In this document: one piece after another, positions 1-14,593 of the stretch
How positions within the stretch are numbered: position 1 is the first letter of the stretch
Layout of the letters: each line of letters begins with the position of its first letter
Assembly: GCA_051362555.1 (NCBI GenBank)
Contig: CM120640.1
Coordinates: 55,096,788-55,160,787 of the forward strand
DNA length: 64,000 bases
Reading direction: 5' to 3'
From: Lingula anatina
Lineage: Eukaryota; Animalia; Brachiopoda
Made by a program: the position numbers and the translations under genes
Notes under the pieces: generated by a model
Seen by the model: the letters and a program-made list of their open reading frames with translations, nothing else
Told to the model about the DNA's origin: nothing
Database searches by the model: none

Positions 1-2759
1 TGTCTATGAAGATGGCAGAATATTTCAGTCATGTGTTTAGGGAATACACATATTAGTAGCAGGTATTCTGTGTTTGTGAAAAAAGAGCGTGAGCACAGAA
101 ACGTTTTAGACTATGGTATACTGTTAACTGAATTAATGGTAGTTAACATCAGGCAGAAATCGCACTGTAATAACTCAGAAAGAAATTGAGGTGCTATTTA
201 AGTTGTATCAAGTTGTATTAAGTTGTCAAGAATGTATTACCATGTATGTAATACATTGTTGGTTATATATGGTATGTATATGTGTGTGTTCTACAAAATG
301 GTCAAGTCAAATATGCATGTATTTCCTCACCAAACAGTCTTGGAAGCCAGTGATATTACCAGTAATTCTGGTCAGCATATTCCAAATGATAACCTCCCCC
401 ATAATTAACAGCTTCCTTTGCTTTGTGACATTTTCAGTATCAGTTTATGTATTGTTATTATGTAAATTAGATTTGGTACTTCTTCCCTGAGGTCTCTCTG
501 AGGGGGGAACTCACAAGGTGCCAGAACTGGACACCAAAAGTTATATAATCCACTCTCAGCTCTTTATTAGTCCTGCCTCTAAGGTAATCTGAGTTAACCT
601 TCGGTATTATGTAATATTAGAACATTTAGTATGGTTGTGGATTATTCTGGCTTCCTTGTGAATGAAACTTAAGGCTGTTTGTTGTACAGTAACAGCAAGG
701 AAATGGGTTTTAGCATCACGTCTCATTTTTTTCCAGGAACAAAAGAGTGTTTAAGATTTTATGAAGTTGTTTGTTTACATTTTTTTATTCTGATGGCATA
801 TAGGGATACATACCGTGTGCATTGTTACCTTCATGTTGATGTCACAGGCATAAAAATAGCAGTATCACATACTCTAAGTTTGATCCTACAGGTCAGAGGT
901 AATGAAAATAGATTAAAATTTGCACCTGGCCTCATCTTCTTTGTGCTTTTTAGAGTTACTGGTGGCTATAGAAATGCACAAGTTCAGATATATTGACCAT
1001 TTGCCTAGATAGATTTATACAATACTTCAAAAGTGGTTGTGTAATTTCCTAACTCATTGATTTTTATGATGGACAGACAAAGAAATGTGCATGTCACTTC
1101 CAAAAATGTATATATCATTGTTCAGTGCATTAATTTTGTAATCTGTGGTATGAAACATGGCCTTTTTAAAATTCAAAATATCCTCTTTGTAATCTGAGCT
1201 CTTTGTAATTAGTGTGGAGTGAGCGTATCATATAGAACTGATTCAACATGATAATATGTAGGTCTGAGAGATGTTATGTATGTACCTTTGATGTTGTATG
1301 GAAATTACACCTTAATGTTGCCACCTCAGTTTTGTCCTGCTGTGCACAATATGTGCACCTCTATAGTATTTCAAAACAACATTGACCAATATTTATTTGG
1401 CATAGCTTGTGTGCACAGTTAATTTCAATTTTGCATTGCCTATCAGTTTTGCTTTTCATAGTGTGATATCAACATACCTTTTGTGCCCTTCCTTTAAAAT
1501 ATTCTTTATTTGGTTAAGTAAGGTTATATGCACCGAGTGGTATATGTACCTCAAGGTTATCACGTATCATTGTGTGTACTTACATTGGTTGTTTATGAAC
1601 TAGTTCTGAGAAAAAGTCAATGATCTGATTTCCATACAGCTTTGTGTTAGCATTGACAGTAGTGCATATACTGTATATGGAAGTTTGTTTGTGTTTTCAC
1701 CGGGATATTGTTATACTAATTATTTAATGGTAATAATGTTGGATGTGGAGAGTTGCCAACATTCATTGCCCTTATATTGTTTGAGTGTGACAATATATAT
1801 TACAAAATCATATGATAAAAATTTTCATGGAATGTGTCAGCTTAGATCTTTGTGAGTGAGGCATTGTGGACTTTGAACTTTCCTTATTTTCACATACAGG
1901 CAGCAGAACTGTTTATTTTGAAATTTGATTCCTTTGTGCTCCCTAGCCTTAATTTATTCAATGACTGAAGTCTGAAGTATCTAGAGTTGCTCTTAGTGCA
2001 TGCTCCTTACATATTTTGCTTAGCTGTATACTTCAAGTCTGAATTTAATTGCACTTGTTCAGATGTCAGCCAAAGATGCTATTCTTATCTAACATGTGTT
2101 TGTTATGTGGAAGTCAAAAATCCCCTTTGTATATGAGTGTATGTCATTTTTACATGAAAAAAAATGTATATATGCTGTAGATTTATGATTTACAGTTTGC
2201 ATTGTTACATCGAGTGATTTTGTCTTTATTAACTATTTTGAGATTAATACATGTTGTTATGGGTAAAATTAAAACTAATACTGGTTATGGTTGGGTTTCT
2301 GTCTTTACTATCTTGGTGGTGATAGTGAGTGGGTGCATTAACGTCATTATTTTCCGTGGAAATTTAAAGAGGTGGTTGTGGTTCACCAGCATGGTGAACC
2401 AGAGGTCAAAGACTGGCCAGACATTCTTTGCAGCACACGAGAAATGTGTTGCCACAGTTGATTAATTCTTTGTTGACTTTAACGGTTCATCACACTGGAC
2501 ATCTTGGTATGCATTATATACCTAACCAATTGTTTTGGTAAAGCTACATTTTGTATGTTCATGGCATAAGGGTTGTGGTTGATATTAGTATGGTCAGAGA
2601 TTATTATTGAGCCCAGTGTAATGTCTGTGTAATAATTTTTAAATTTTTCTAAAAAAATTTGTATATAATATTATATACATTTATTTGTGTTTTATCATTT
2701 AGGTGTTATAGAGTAAAATGTTACCTTCTTTTCATAATTACAGAAGACCAAGACGCATT

Positions 2760-2987
2760 ATGTTCAATTTCCATCGTCCCAAAACTTACCGCAGCCTCAC
2801 GGGTTGCTGCATTTGTGGTGCAAAATCATCTAGTTCAAGATTCACAGACAGTAAACGCTATGAAGCAGACTTCCAGAAATGTTTCCGCATGCATGAAAGG
2901 AGAACAGGAGATATATGCAATGCTTGTGTGCTACTCGTAAAAAGGTGGAAGAAACTTCCTGCCGGTACAAACAGACATTGGAATCAT
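2760..2987 (+). CDS. SINHCAF: SIN3-HDAC complex-associated factor (FAM60A), coding exon 1
   Basis: Encodes MFNFHRPKTYRSLTGCCICGAKSSSSRFTDSKRYE...GDICNACVLLVKRWKKLPAG..HWNH, the FAM60A N-terminal Cys domain. Acceptors at 2701-2702 and 2742-2743, donor gtaagt at 2988 (phase 0). Confidence 0.95.
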
Positions 2988-4070
2988 GTAAGTAGGGCAT
3001 TGAGTTAGTTATTTTTAAAAAATGTGCACTCTAAAAGATTACTTGAGAAAAGAATAAGACTTAAGTATTCTGTTGACTAGCACAAAGCAAAATAGTTTTG
3101 ATGTGAGAAGCTCTTAAGAAAACCATTATAGTAGGTTTCAGTATAAAAACATTTAAACACTATTTAACCTTGAACATTGGGAGTTGGATTGTTTTGTTCA
3201 TATGTTACTAGTGCCATTATTAGTGTATTGGTTCCCAGATGGTTCATAGCATGCCCTTACCATATCATAATGCAATTGTTTAAGATCTTTATCTCCATAA
3301 CACTTTAAAACCTTTACTTTCCTGATGTGGTGCTGTGAAACGGCTCCCACCTGCACCTTATCATTGTTATGATTGCTCTTAAATGTTAATTAAGTTGCAG
3401 TCTCCCCTATGTTGGTAAGATAAAAATATGGCCTATATCATGCAACAAAGACAATGGTTAAGTTATTAAACGCCCTATTGTCACTAAGCTCTGAAAGATG
3501 TAATACCACAGACTATATTGTTTTCCAAATTGCATACTTGTGTAACTTGCTTATGCAGAATAAATACATAAGATGCTAAAATAAGAGGTATAGTCTCTTG
3601 TTTGATCATAAATGACACCACATCATTTTGTACCAATTTGGAATGGTCTGTTTGGCAACATGGGTAATCGTGAATAATGCTGTATGATGAAATTTTTCCT
3701 TTATTTCATAAATGTGTTTGTATTTAATTTTACATTCATGGCTGTAAAAGTAAAAAGGCATTAACATCAACTTCCCTGCTGAAGGATTCTAGCGAATTGG
3801 AATAATTATCTCCAATATATTTATTATGGTATCAACAATTAATTCAAAAGCTATAGAACTTTTTTCCAAGAAACAAATGCATGACTTATATAAGATTTTT
3901 AAAATACTGGCTTTGACTAACGCAATGTATTGGCATCAGTACTTAAGTTCTCAATGACAGAAACAGTTTTGATACACTCTCAGTCAACAAAAAACTTAAA
4001 CAACAACATTTTACACATTTAAAGTAACTCTTTCTTCTCCTCTCTAATGCCAATGACTTTTTTGCTGCAG

Positions 4071-4245
4071 GTTGTAGATGCACGTGCTGGCCCAGGTTCA
4101 CGTGCACTCATGCTTCGAAACAAGCAACAAGGTCCAGTATCTTCCCCAAAAAAGAAAAAATCTCACAGTAAAGATACATCAAGGAATAAGCACAAACACA
4201 AAAAGAAGCGAAGACCAAGAATTGATTCTGGAAGTAACTCTGAAG
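4071..4245 (+). CDS. SINHCAF: SINHCAF/FAM60A coding exon 2
   Basis: ctgcag|GTT gives VVDARAGP (continues the conserved motif), then a basic NLS-like stretch. Donor gtaag at 4246 (phase 1). Confidence 0.92.
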
Positions 4246-6945
4246 GTAAGCAAAAAAAAAAGAGAATAAGGAAATTGTCAGGAAACATGGAAATCAGAAA
4301 ATGAATATCTGTTGTATATGAACTCACTCTTAGGATAACATGTATAAACAAACATGCTATTAATAACAGTAAGCTAGTACCCTTGCTTCATTTAATTTGA
4401 AAGAATACTTTACTGATACAATAAATATTATGGATATATCATGCTTGAAGTGCATACAAAAAATTCCATCAAAACAGGATGACATTCAACAAATATCATC
4501 AATATTTTTTAGGCCATGTCCTCAAAGAAGTAACAGTTATTTGCGGTAAACAGATGTTTTTCCCTGGCACGTATAATCTTAAAGTACAAATGTCTTGTCC
4601 TTTCAAAATGACTCCTTCAGGTAAAGAGGTATCCTGCTGTGGCTTGTATAATCTATGCCCCCATCCACATACCATGTCCCTGCAGTAGTTAAGTAATACC
4701 TCTCTAGAGAGCAATGCTGTATTTCCTTAGACAGTAAAAAAAACCACAAGTGATAAATAAAGCCCCATTGACCTCATTTTATCCCTCACAACTCAATACC
4801 TAAACTACATACATTGCTTCACCTCAGATGCCCAGCCATCTATAGTTAGTTCATAGCATAAGGCTATAGCAGGCTGTGTCCTCAGATGAGGCACAGAAGT
4901 GAATTAATACAGTACAAGTTATTGACCCAGTCCAGCATAAGAAGTCTAGTATGCAACACTGAGCATTTATCACTAATATTGTTACTTTATGCCACTGATG
5001 CCATTTTTGTGGTTTACTAAAAGTCAAACTACTGCATATACCCAAGTAGGTTGAATTGTGTTATGTGGAGTACATGCAGATAGTTTAACTTTTTGTTGTT
5101 ATTTGTATCTTTTATTTAATTTTTTTATTTTCCAATGTGTACAAAAATATTCTGCCTACAATTAGTTTCAAATCATTTGAGTTGTCTTACATTAATAACT
5201 CACACAGTGATATAAACCATAGCACAGCTGGGGCAAGAACATATTTTTATGACAATATCATTTTGTTCTTATAATTAAGTTGGCATGCCATTTGCATATT
5301 AGCCTCCTGGTAATTACTCTGAATGCAAGTTATGGCTGTACATTGCTATTTCCGCAGGGCCTAGTGGTTAAAAACCTGTTATGTTACCTGTACAAGACAG
5401 GTGTCACATCATGGCATTCATGTTTTGAATGCAAAAAGTGGAAATGCATAAAATATACTGTCAGTGTTATATATCAATGTAGGAATGCATTGTTTGGTAC
5501 AATTAATAATAAGTAAAGAATAGGTCAAACATAAATATATGAAAAGAAATAAAATATTTAATTGCTTATATACTTCCCTTTGATAACTTAAGAAATTGCA
5601 AGTAGGCTCAAGCACTTTTTAGCTTTTTATAATCAAAAAATTTTATTTCTAGACAAAGTCAACTTCAAGGGTTAAAAGAGAAAGCCCCAGTCAGTCATTG
5701 CGGGTTTGTTCATTGTCTCATATGAAAGAAGTCTAGACTGCTATGCAGTGCCTGCAAACAAGCACATGTGAGAAACCCAGACACAGAAGCCCCTGCAAGT
5801 AAAATCAATACTTAAGTGTCTGCTGGAGTAGCATTGCCCTACACTGGGTCATCTCAATAGCAGGCTTTGTGAGGTGACAACCAGCTTGCTTGACCTTACC
5901 CTGGCCTGTCTATATTAGATGAGATAAATCCTGCACCTTGCATCAAAGTAAACTGACAGTTGGAATTTTAAGTGTATGCTCAGCAACGTAATTGCTTCCC
6001 TGAACTTTTGTTGACCTAACATCAAGAATCTTGGCTTCACCACCATCATAGCAAAAGGGTTATGAAGTTCTAAAGGTATAACAATACAGATAGTGTATGT
6101 ATTCTGAATATGTACCATGTAATATATATGTCCTTAGGGGAGTGAGGGTTAATGAGAGTAATAAAGGTAAATGTAAAGTGCATTTTGAGATCCCCAGATA
6201 CGTTTGATGCAAGTGTAATTTTGGAATATAAAGTATTTAGTGTATGTCCTTCAGAGACAGGCTGACCCAAGATCACAAGTTACCAAATGTGACTTCAAAA
6301 GTAGCACCTTGAATTGTACCAATATGAATAAGTAAAAATGCTAACTTCCGTGGCTTCATTGACAATTATACAGTATATGGTCTTACCAATTACTGACTGC
6401 ATAAGGTCTCATGTCAAATTCATTTTGACTAATATTCCATATTGAATTTTTTTAATTGCCCATATATTTGACAAATCTCCAAACATCATCCTAACACAAA
6501 CATACATTTGTTTTGAGTCTGTTTTGTTAACAGAGTTAATGTCTATACATTTATTTTTTTTACAGTTGAAAATAAGTACTTAACATGATTGTGCTAGTTG
6601 TCCCTCACTGATTATCATGTCTCAAAAAACGCAGTTGAGTAAATTTCCTGTCATAGGTCTCCACTTGAAAATGTGTATGACGACTTTCCTTGATAAATGA
6701 AAGTGGGCTTTTTGATCACCTTGAAATATTACCAATGTAGCAGACGTATCAATGTCATCAAGAACCCGTTATCATGATGGATAAGAATCAAATTTCTCAT
6801 AACATGATGGCCTGGTGCACATTTTCATCTGAGACAGATTATCTCTGGTGTTTTTCCATTGAAATAGACATTTTTCAGGATGGTTTAAAATGTATATGGG
6901 TTTGACACACGAAGGTTTAATCATTCTCATTTCTGTTGCCATCAG

Positions 6946-7108
6946 GTGTAGATGAAGGCTACAGTGAGACATCAGGACCTCCCTCTGTGAATCGACAAAG
7001 TCCAGAATTGAGTGAATCTGAAGATGAAAACAGCAGAGATTCAACATCGAAGTACAGACAATTGGTGTCAAAGCTCAGTCCATTCCTTGACCTTAAATAT
7101 TGGAAGAT
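6946..7108 (+). CDS. SINHCAF: SINHCAF/FAM60A coding exon 3
   Basis: catcag| phase-1 entry, open frame ending SPFLDLKYWK (FAM60A FLDLxYWK motif). Donor gtaagt at 7109 (phase 2). Not in the ORF track. Confidence 0.9.
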
Positions 7109-7406
7109 GTAAGTTAATGGGGAGAGAAAATTGTTTGATAAATAATTAACTTAGCCATTTATAATCTATATATATATGTAATCTCACTGTTCTCAACCTC
7201 TTACCCTTAAAAACTGTAGTTTATTTGGTAGAGGTGAGTTTCCAGTGGAATTTAATTATTTGATTATCATTGTTTTTCAATTAGGTAATTTTTTTTCTCC
7301 CTTGAGATTATGTAGTGGACATTATTAATCTTCAAGATCATTATTTTGCAGTACTATAGGCATGTATTATGTCATTGATAAATCATTTATTTTATCATTA
7401 TTTCAG

Positions 7407-7752
7407 GACTCAAGTTTGCTGTGGTATCATATTCAAGGGCTTAAATGGAGAAGTAATGATTGATCCATCACTTCTTAAACCATGTGCTGGATGCAGAGCT
7501 TCCAAGACAAAGAAACAGACAAAAGAAAAGGGAGTGGAACAAACAGAAAGCATGAAAACAAAAGAACCTCAGAAAATGGAACAAGACGATGATGAAGAAG
7601 ATGTTGTTGATGATGAAATGCCTCATTTAGAGGCAGAAGTGCCATACACTAATCACCAAAAATCCAAATTTGAGTTGCCGCTAGATCTGACTTACAAAAG
7701 TACCCCTGCTTTTCTCCAGTCAGGCCCTGTGCCTTTGGAAGCAGAAATCTAA
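7407..7752 (+). CDS. SINHCAF: SINHCAF/FAM60A coding exon 4 (terminal)
   Basis: tttcag| then TQVCCGIIFKGLNGEVMIDPSLLKPC (conserved FAM60A C-terminal motif), an acidic extension, and TAA at 7750-7752. Confidence 0.92.
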
Positions 7753-9712
7753 GTTAATGTGAATGTATGGATCTCTTTTTTTAAAATTGTAAACTATTTT
7801 ATTTCTAGAAGCTGAGCAAATGAAAGATAAGTGATGGAATAATTTTGATTTGAGCTACATCATTTGTACCTCTGCTCATTTAGATCTCATTTGCTGCAGA
7901 TGACATTGAAAAATATCTATTTCTCACACATGGAACTGTGTGATAATGTTGTCATTGAACTGTGCTCAATACAATCAGTCCATTTCCTTATTATTTCGTT
8001 TTAATGTTTTATGTGTATTTTTGTCCATCAGTGTGATGGTTGACTGTATTGTAGGCATTGTTCAAGGTGTATTGTGATTGCTCACCAATTGGTGACAGTG
8101 TGCCAGGGCATTACGGACCTCACTTTGTGATCAAAATAGAACAATTATAGTTGACTACCTCTGTTTCTGTGAGCGAGAGGAATTTGTTTTAATGGAAAGA
8201 AAGTGTTTGATGGTGTAAGTTATGTGGAGATGTTGACTCAACACATCTTTGGACTGAATGTCAGTATGTGAGTTATTTTTTAACAATAATATGATGATTA
8301 AGGAGCTTGCCTAGAAATTTTAAGCAACTTTGTGTACATTATCACTTTCACAGAAGAATTAGAAATGATTTTTCTATTAATTTGTAAATGAAGTAAAAGT
8401 AACACACCTCATGCAAATGGTTTTAACATCGTCTCCAGTTATATTTGTCATATTATTTGTGGAGAGGAATACAGCAGCACTGTGTAAAACTGAAGCATGC
8501 CAAAGATATCTAAAATTATTCATTTTAATTTTCCAACAATGACATAACACATTTGATTGTGATGAACAGTAAGCAGATGTTTATATTCAAAATTTTAGAA
8601 ATAGAAAATGGTCAATTAAGTTTTTTTTTTCTTCCATATCAGATCCATGTTGGTTTTATTATTTTTTCTTAAATTTCAAACTATTGTTTTGGTGTGTGAT
8701 ATTTTAATGTGTAGAATATACTTTTGAATATCTATGGTGCTGCAGCTGCCTCTGCTGAAATTTTATCAGCCATTTTTCTACTTTGTATAAATGCTTGTTT
8801 TAAAACTGAACTGCTGTTGCTTAAAAAAAAAAGAGCACAATTTTATCTCCACCTTGATTCTATGAATCTGAGGGATTTTTATATCAGTGTTTATAGAAAA
8901 GTATTATTTATAGTATATCATGCAAATACTCCAACTGAAATTGCTAAACAATTGACACTCGGTTATGAAACGACACAACTTGATTTTGCTGTGAAGAGAG
9001 CGGCTGCTTACACAAATGTAAGGTATAAGTGCAGAGGTAAAATGAGAACTTTAAACTGAGATATATGTACAATACTATTTAATATCTGTCATTTTATAAT
9101 GACATTTTAATTTAAATGGTAATCTTGATATTTTATGTAATTGTCTATAGCAGAATGTGTGAACTGATTGATATTTGGACAAGTGCAATAATCGCAAGTG
9201 ATTGTGTGAATATTTCAGCTAGAGCTACATTACACAGGTGATAACAACTTCTTGATGATCTCAACATGTCCTTTAGAATCAAAAAGAGTTACAGCAATAC
9301 AATTCAGAATGTTTTCATTTTATATTGAAAAGGAGGTAGCTCTGTTGCACAATTTTGTGACTGTGGCCAAGAAAAAGCTTGGGTTTGGAAGAAGTGAACC
9401 TTGCACTGATATATATATATATATTATAATTATGACAGATTTTGAATTAATGCTGCATATGTGAAAATTACCTAAATGGGCTCAGGGATTTGAATAAGAC
9501 AAAAAAGATGTTTTAATCAGCAAAAGGGAGAGTGTCATGCTCCTAATAATCACTGCAGGGTTAATTTTGCACCAACACAGGTCATTATTTGATATGTAAA
9601 TATGTCATTATCATTCCTTAGTATTTCTATATATTGTAACATAGAGATCATAGATAAAACTATTTATGAATTAAAAGTAGATTTGTATGTTATATGTCGT
9701 GATTTAATGTAA

Positions 9713-9718
9713 AATAAA
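9713..9718 (+). terminator. Candidate polyadenylation signal ending a ~2 kb SINHCAF 3' UTR
   Basis: AATAAA at the end of a U-rich, CpG-poor stretch, just before the composition changes. Confidence 0.4.
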
Positions 9719-10674
9719 TAAATTTTATCTTCATCATGAGTTGTCATTTCTAATTTCATGAATGAAATATGATCTTTTCATGACATCAGAACTTGCTAAT
9801 AGAATGAGTGACAAATGGTGATCTAGTTTTCAGTCACGAGATATTTCATTAAAGTTCGTTTTGATTCACTTCTTTTAAGTGAAAAAAATCAGACATAACA
9901 ATTTATATAAATCGGAAAATTTTTCATGTGTTCTTGTTTTAGCTGAACGTGATAGAACATGCAAGCATTCCATATCGGTCCTGATTGCGGTAGAGGAGAT
10001 TTTATGGAAAACCCGGAAGGAATTCTGTATGTGATGTATTGATAAAATTGGGTCAATCTCAATAAACAGCTTTTCTTGTGATTGCCTACTTTCAAGCGCT
10101 TCTCTTGTTATAAATAGTAAATCGTTAGCGGCTAGGGTCCGTTGGGGGAGAGTAACAAGTAAGTCATATTTGTTTTGTAGCTTTATATCATTCTCAGGTC
10201 TATAACGGGTTAAATTTTGGTTTGCCATAAATACAGTAATTATACCACAGTGGTCCGCGTTCTACATGTAGATCTAAATCATATTTTTATGTCTCAGTAT
10301 CCTGCAAAAATTATTATCTTTTTCAATCAGACTTTAAAAACAAAATATTATCATATTAATATACCTTAATGTTTCTTTGTGGAATGTCGGGGACACGTGG
10401 CGGTATACAGGTAAAATGTACATGTTGATTTGTATTCGAATCTTCTATTTGTTAAAAAAATTCAACGAAATCATTTCTTTGGTTACCACTATATAATAAC
10501 AGGATAGTAATTATGGTACAAACCACCAAGTCCAAGTGCAGGTCCGGCAATGATTCTTGAGTAGGAGAAAATTGTTCTCTTTTTTATTCTTTTTATTGAG
10601 AAAATTTTGATTTTTATGCTAAAATCCTTGTAAGTGTACAATGTGTGTTTGTGTGTGTGTGTTTGTGCCGGCCA

Positions 10675-10710
10675 GGGGGGGGGGGGAGGGGGGGAGGGGG
10701 GGGGGGGGAG
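10675..10710 (+). repeat. Poly-G tract (G-quadruplex-capable) next to a (GT)n repeat
   Basis: G runs interrupted by single A residues. Confidence 0.8.
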
Positions 10711-13700
10711 CATACTGCATATATAAGTACCCATCATTATATTGCATACATGTACAATGTACCATTAACACTCACATATCATGCTGCAGTACTAGTAAGT
10801 TTATTTATCCTCCAGTTATGCAGATTACTGTAGTTTAATTTCAAAACCCACTTCCCTGTTAATTTGTATAAAATAATCTTGGTACCTTATAGTGCAGCCA
10901 CTGGCCTGACCAAATAACATCACAAGCAAAAATTATCCAACTTGATTTATCTGCATCATTACTGAACATTATACAGTAAAACAAGACATTCATGTCATTG
11001 TTTGAATGCTTACATGCTTATCAGCGTGAGATATCTGGCTAGCTGCTCCAGATAATATATATATACAATTAAATTGATTCAAATCTGCTGCAAAAATACC
11101 TTTATGACCAGGATTTACAACTTCAATATAATTTCATATAGAGTTAGTAAAATTGCTTTTTGGATTATTTCTCCACATCACTTTTAGGTACAAAACTTTT
11201 TTCCTTGCATACTTATAATTAGCCATCCCTCTTTATATATCCTAGATAATACAATGTACATGCATGTCATATGCATTTTATTATTAGCATATTATATTGA
11301 CATATCAACTTTTTTCTTTTATGGATAATATAAGATGCAGTACAAGAATACATATATATGAAGCTTGCACAAATTGTTACTAGTAAGCCTCACTGTTGTA
11401 TTTAGTTCACCTCATAAGTCATTCTTTTCCCTAGGGTCAGCTGCATATACTCAAGGTTCTAATATCTTACCATCAGATTCAATTATGTGAATCATTCTTT
11501 AAGCAATACAGTGCCATAAAACATTGCAGATAGACATAGGGATGAAACCACAAGAGGCTTTCTAAAATGCCAAGTAATCTTTTTCAATCCAGTAATCTAC
11601 CCAGGTATGTTAGAAAGATATGTTGGGTTTTCATCGTTTTAGGGCATGAAAGTCTCAAATATGGATTTTGATTTCATGCTTATGTTATTTCACTGGTATA
11701 CAGTTTTCAGAGAATTTTTATCCAAATTATGCATTTGTTATCATATGACATTGAATTAAGAGGATAGTTGATATTAGAATTTAAAGTTGAGAACAGCCAT
11801 AGCTGCATGACCCCATGCCCAGTTTATTGAAAGGTTGTCTTGTAAATTTTTAGAAAATTTATTTTATGTTGGAAAGAAAAGACAAGTCATTCCTATTTTC
11901 CATAACTCTCAACATCCTGGTCACCTGAGGCCTTGGTCATTTGGTCATGCAATGCTATTGTGAACACCTTGACCTACCAGGGAAGTTAAATGAGCTCAAG
12001 TAATTCAACTATCAGTTCCGCATTTCTTTATTTATTAGTCTGCCATGATAAGAATTGTTTGCATTTCTTACTGCTTGACATTATACATTAACCTAGACTA
12101 GAATTAGCCATAGTTTACTACAAGTTCAAGGCTCATAGGATGAAATATTTCATGAATTGGCATAGGTTGCAGTTTTAAATTGTTGATGGGAAGTTTGTTT
12201 GAGATCACATTTCTTCACAAACCAACCATTTGTTCAGGTACTGTATTCAGTTTGATAGCTTTAGATATATATACAAAGTAATGTAAAGTACAAATATCTA
12301 TTATCTTTATTAACTTGGATCTTTTTTTTTTTTTAGTACATCGGAAAGAAGGTTCATTTTGAGTAGATCCAAAAAATACCTTTACAGCCTGATGGCTGTG
12401 GTAGTACATGTACTTGTAGCAGGCTTGATTATATCATAACACCTGAACCTGAGATGTGATCAGGTCAGTAGAGAAACCTAGACAAAGCAGTCATCAAACA
12501 ACTGAAGGTGGTCCATGGATTTTTTCAAAGTGAAACTTTTTTCAGTTTTAGGTATATCACTCCTTATCTCTATGGTATGTTTGCTTATTTATTAGGGTTA
12601 CATGTATATATCAATCTGTAGTGAGCCATGTATCCTTGGTAAACTTTCTTTATGGATATAATACTAGTAACCAACTGATGCCACGTACCTTAGGATTTCA
12701 TATACTGAGTAGACTCAGTCAGTGCCAAATACTTTTCAACTTAAAGGCCATCCAAGTCACCTGGGTTCAAGAATCTACTGGCCCATACTTTAATTCACTG
12801 GCCAATTGTCAAAATAATTTTACTTTTACAAATAAGAAAAAAAAAACATGGTCTTTTCAAAGGTTGTAAAAAAAGGATTCAACCGTTAACCCTAACACAA
12901 AAAAAAGAAATGGAGTACATGTTACAGCTGAAAAAATCCACTAGTAACTGAAAGTTTTTCAGAAATTTCACCAGCCCCAATTTTTACTGGCAATGGCAAG
13001 TGGGGCAGTGGTTAACATAGCAGACTGTAGACATGTAGAAAGATATGATTACTTGTTGAGGAAATCACACCTTTTTTCCATACTTAATATAGTTGTTAAA
13101 ACAAGTACAACACTTGTGCATCTCATGTTCCTGTAGTGGTTACTTACTGGTACTTGAGTTTGGTGTCCAGGATGCAAACAGGATACTGATCAATCTTCCT
13201 ACACTTCCTTTAAGTTCTTTCTCAATCATGTTATCATTGTTGTAGTTTCTCATCCAGGAAGTTGTAAATTAATGCTGTCTTAGTTGAATTCAACATGTTT
13301 TAAGCTGAATGGATTTCTAAATAAAGACGCCCCATTGTCTTAAGAGTTTAAACTTGACTTTGCACCAGCCTCAAAATCCTGCATTACTCCTGTGAACATA
13401 TATGCATAGTATTCCTTACAAAGAAAATTTGTTTTTTAACTTGAAAAGTTATCCATTACCTGAGATCTCAAGATGACGTTTGTGTTAAGAAATGGGAGGT
13501 CGTTTCTGTACAAATTCAGAATAATGTATTCCTTTATGGAGTAACTCAACCTCTGGGTTTTAGCGAAAAGATTTGACTTTATCCACACAAGCGTAAGTGT
13601 TCATTGTTGGAATGAAATGTACAAGGAAGGTAAATAGTATAACTTTGTGATGCATACCAGAGTTTTGGGAGGAAGATACAGGCTCATATGGCACAGACAC

Positions 13701-13947
13701 TACCTAAATCCAGGGGTTAAGTGCATTGGATAAACACACTGTAAAACTTTTTTCGTTAAAAACTGAATTTGACCAAATGAGCACCAGAAGACAAAGGCAT
13801 TTTAGATTCTTTGTTTCCAAAACGGGGACCTTGAGGAGGTAGGTTATCAGTTGACAGCCTGGATCCCAAAAAGCATTTTGATTTAATAGCTGTATTCTGC
13901 TCCGAATCAGTTTAAATTTGTCTACATTTTAAAAATAGTTGCTCTAC

Positions 13948-13954
<7 letters not shown>

Positions 13955-14017
<63 letters not shown>
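13955..14017. repeat. (TA)n microsatellite
   Basis: Perfect dinucleotide run. Further (TA)n runs at ~14211-14247 and ~16407-16475. Confidence 0.95.
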
Positions 14018-14022
<5 letters not shown>

Positions 14023-14207
14023 CAAAGGCCCCGACCAAATCTAGTCCTATGCATAAAAAGCCCAGACCCCATGTTGATTACGCCCTGGCTGGGCCCATTC
14101 TTTAAGGTGTCTCTGCATTGTTAACAGCATAATGGGCAAGTTAATTGACCAAGTTAATTGGCCAAGCTTTCAGTTTGTTTGTATGGCATGTACAAGGGAT
14201 GTCTCAG

Positions 14208-14250
<43 letters not shown>

Positions 14251-14342
14251 AGCACTGGGTTGGAGCTTTACTGTGTCCCTCCTCCTTTCATACCTTATAT
14301 AATCTTAGGAATGGAAGGGGCAGCATGTATAACAGGGACTAA

Positions 14343-14590
14343 GGGACCATTCCCACAGATATTTGGATCGATCTATCTCCCTTGAGAGTCTCACTAAATT
14401 GCTGTCAACTTGGCCAGCTTGAATGTCTGTCACGCCTAGTAAAGCTATTAGGGGGTAATTATCTTTCCCCCCTAGCTGACTTGGTAGGCGTGACAGACAT
14501 ATAAGATGGTTAGTTGATAACAATTAAGTGAGACTCCCCAGGGAGTTAGATCAATCCAAAATGGATCAATCTGTGTATGGGAATCCAGTC
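14343..14590. mobile_element. Degenerate hairpin MITE, PIF/Harbinger (Tourist)-like
   Basis: Flanked by TAA on both sides. Inverted arms gtctcactaaattgctgtcaact / agttgataacaattaagtgagac and atgtctgtcacgccta / taggcgtgacagacat. Confidence 0.65.
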
Positions 14591-14593
14591 TAA

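Noticed and set aside
191-2465. Short ORFs upstream of FAM60A and most other 60-140 aa ORFs in the track
   Set aside because: No recognisable motifs, low-complexity or microsatellite-derived, or antisense shadows of real exons or the LINE. This is consistent with intronic or intergenic noise in a eukaryote.
9875-10228. 117-aa minus-strand ORF in a CpG-retaining patch
   Set aside because: No domain recognised and no convincing splice context. It may be a TE remnant, but I cannot support a call.
13506-13657. Possible intronic box C/D snoRNA on the minus strand (ATGAAC...CTGA)
   Set aside because: Poor C box, no recognisable rRNA guide, and the D box is only ~10 nt from the putative acceptor.
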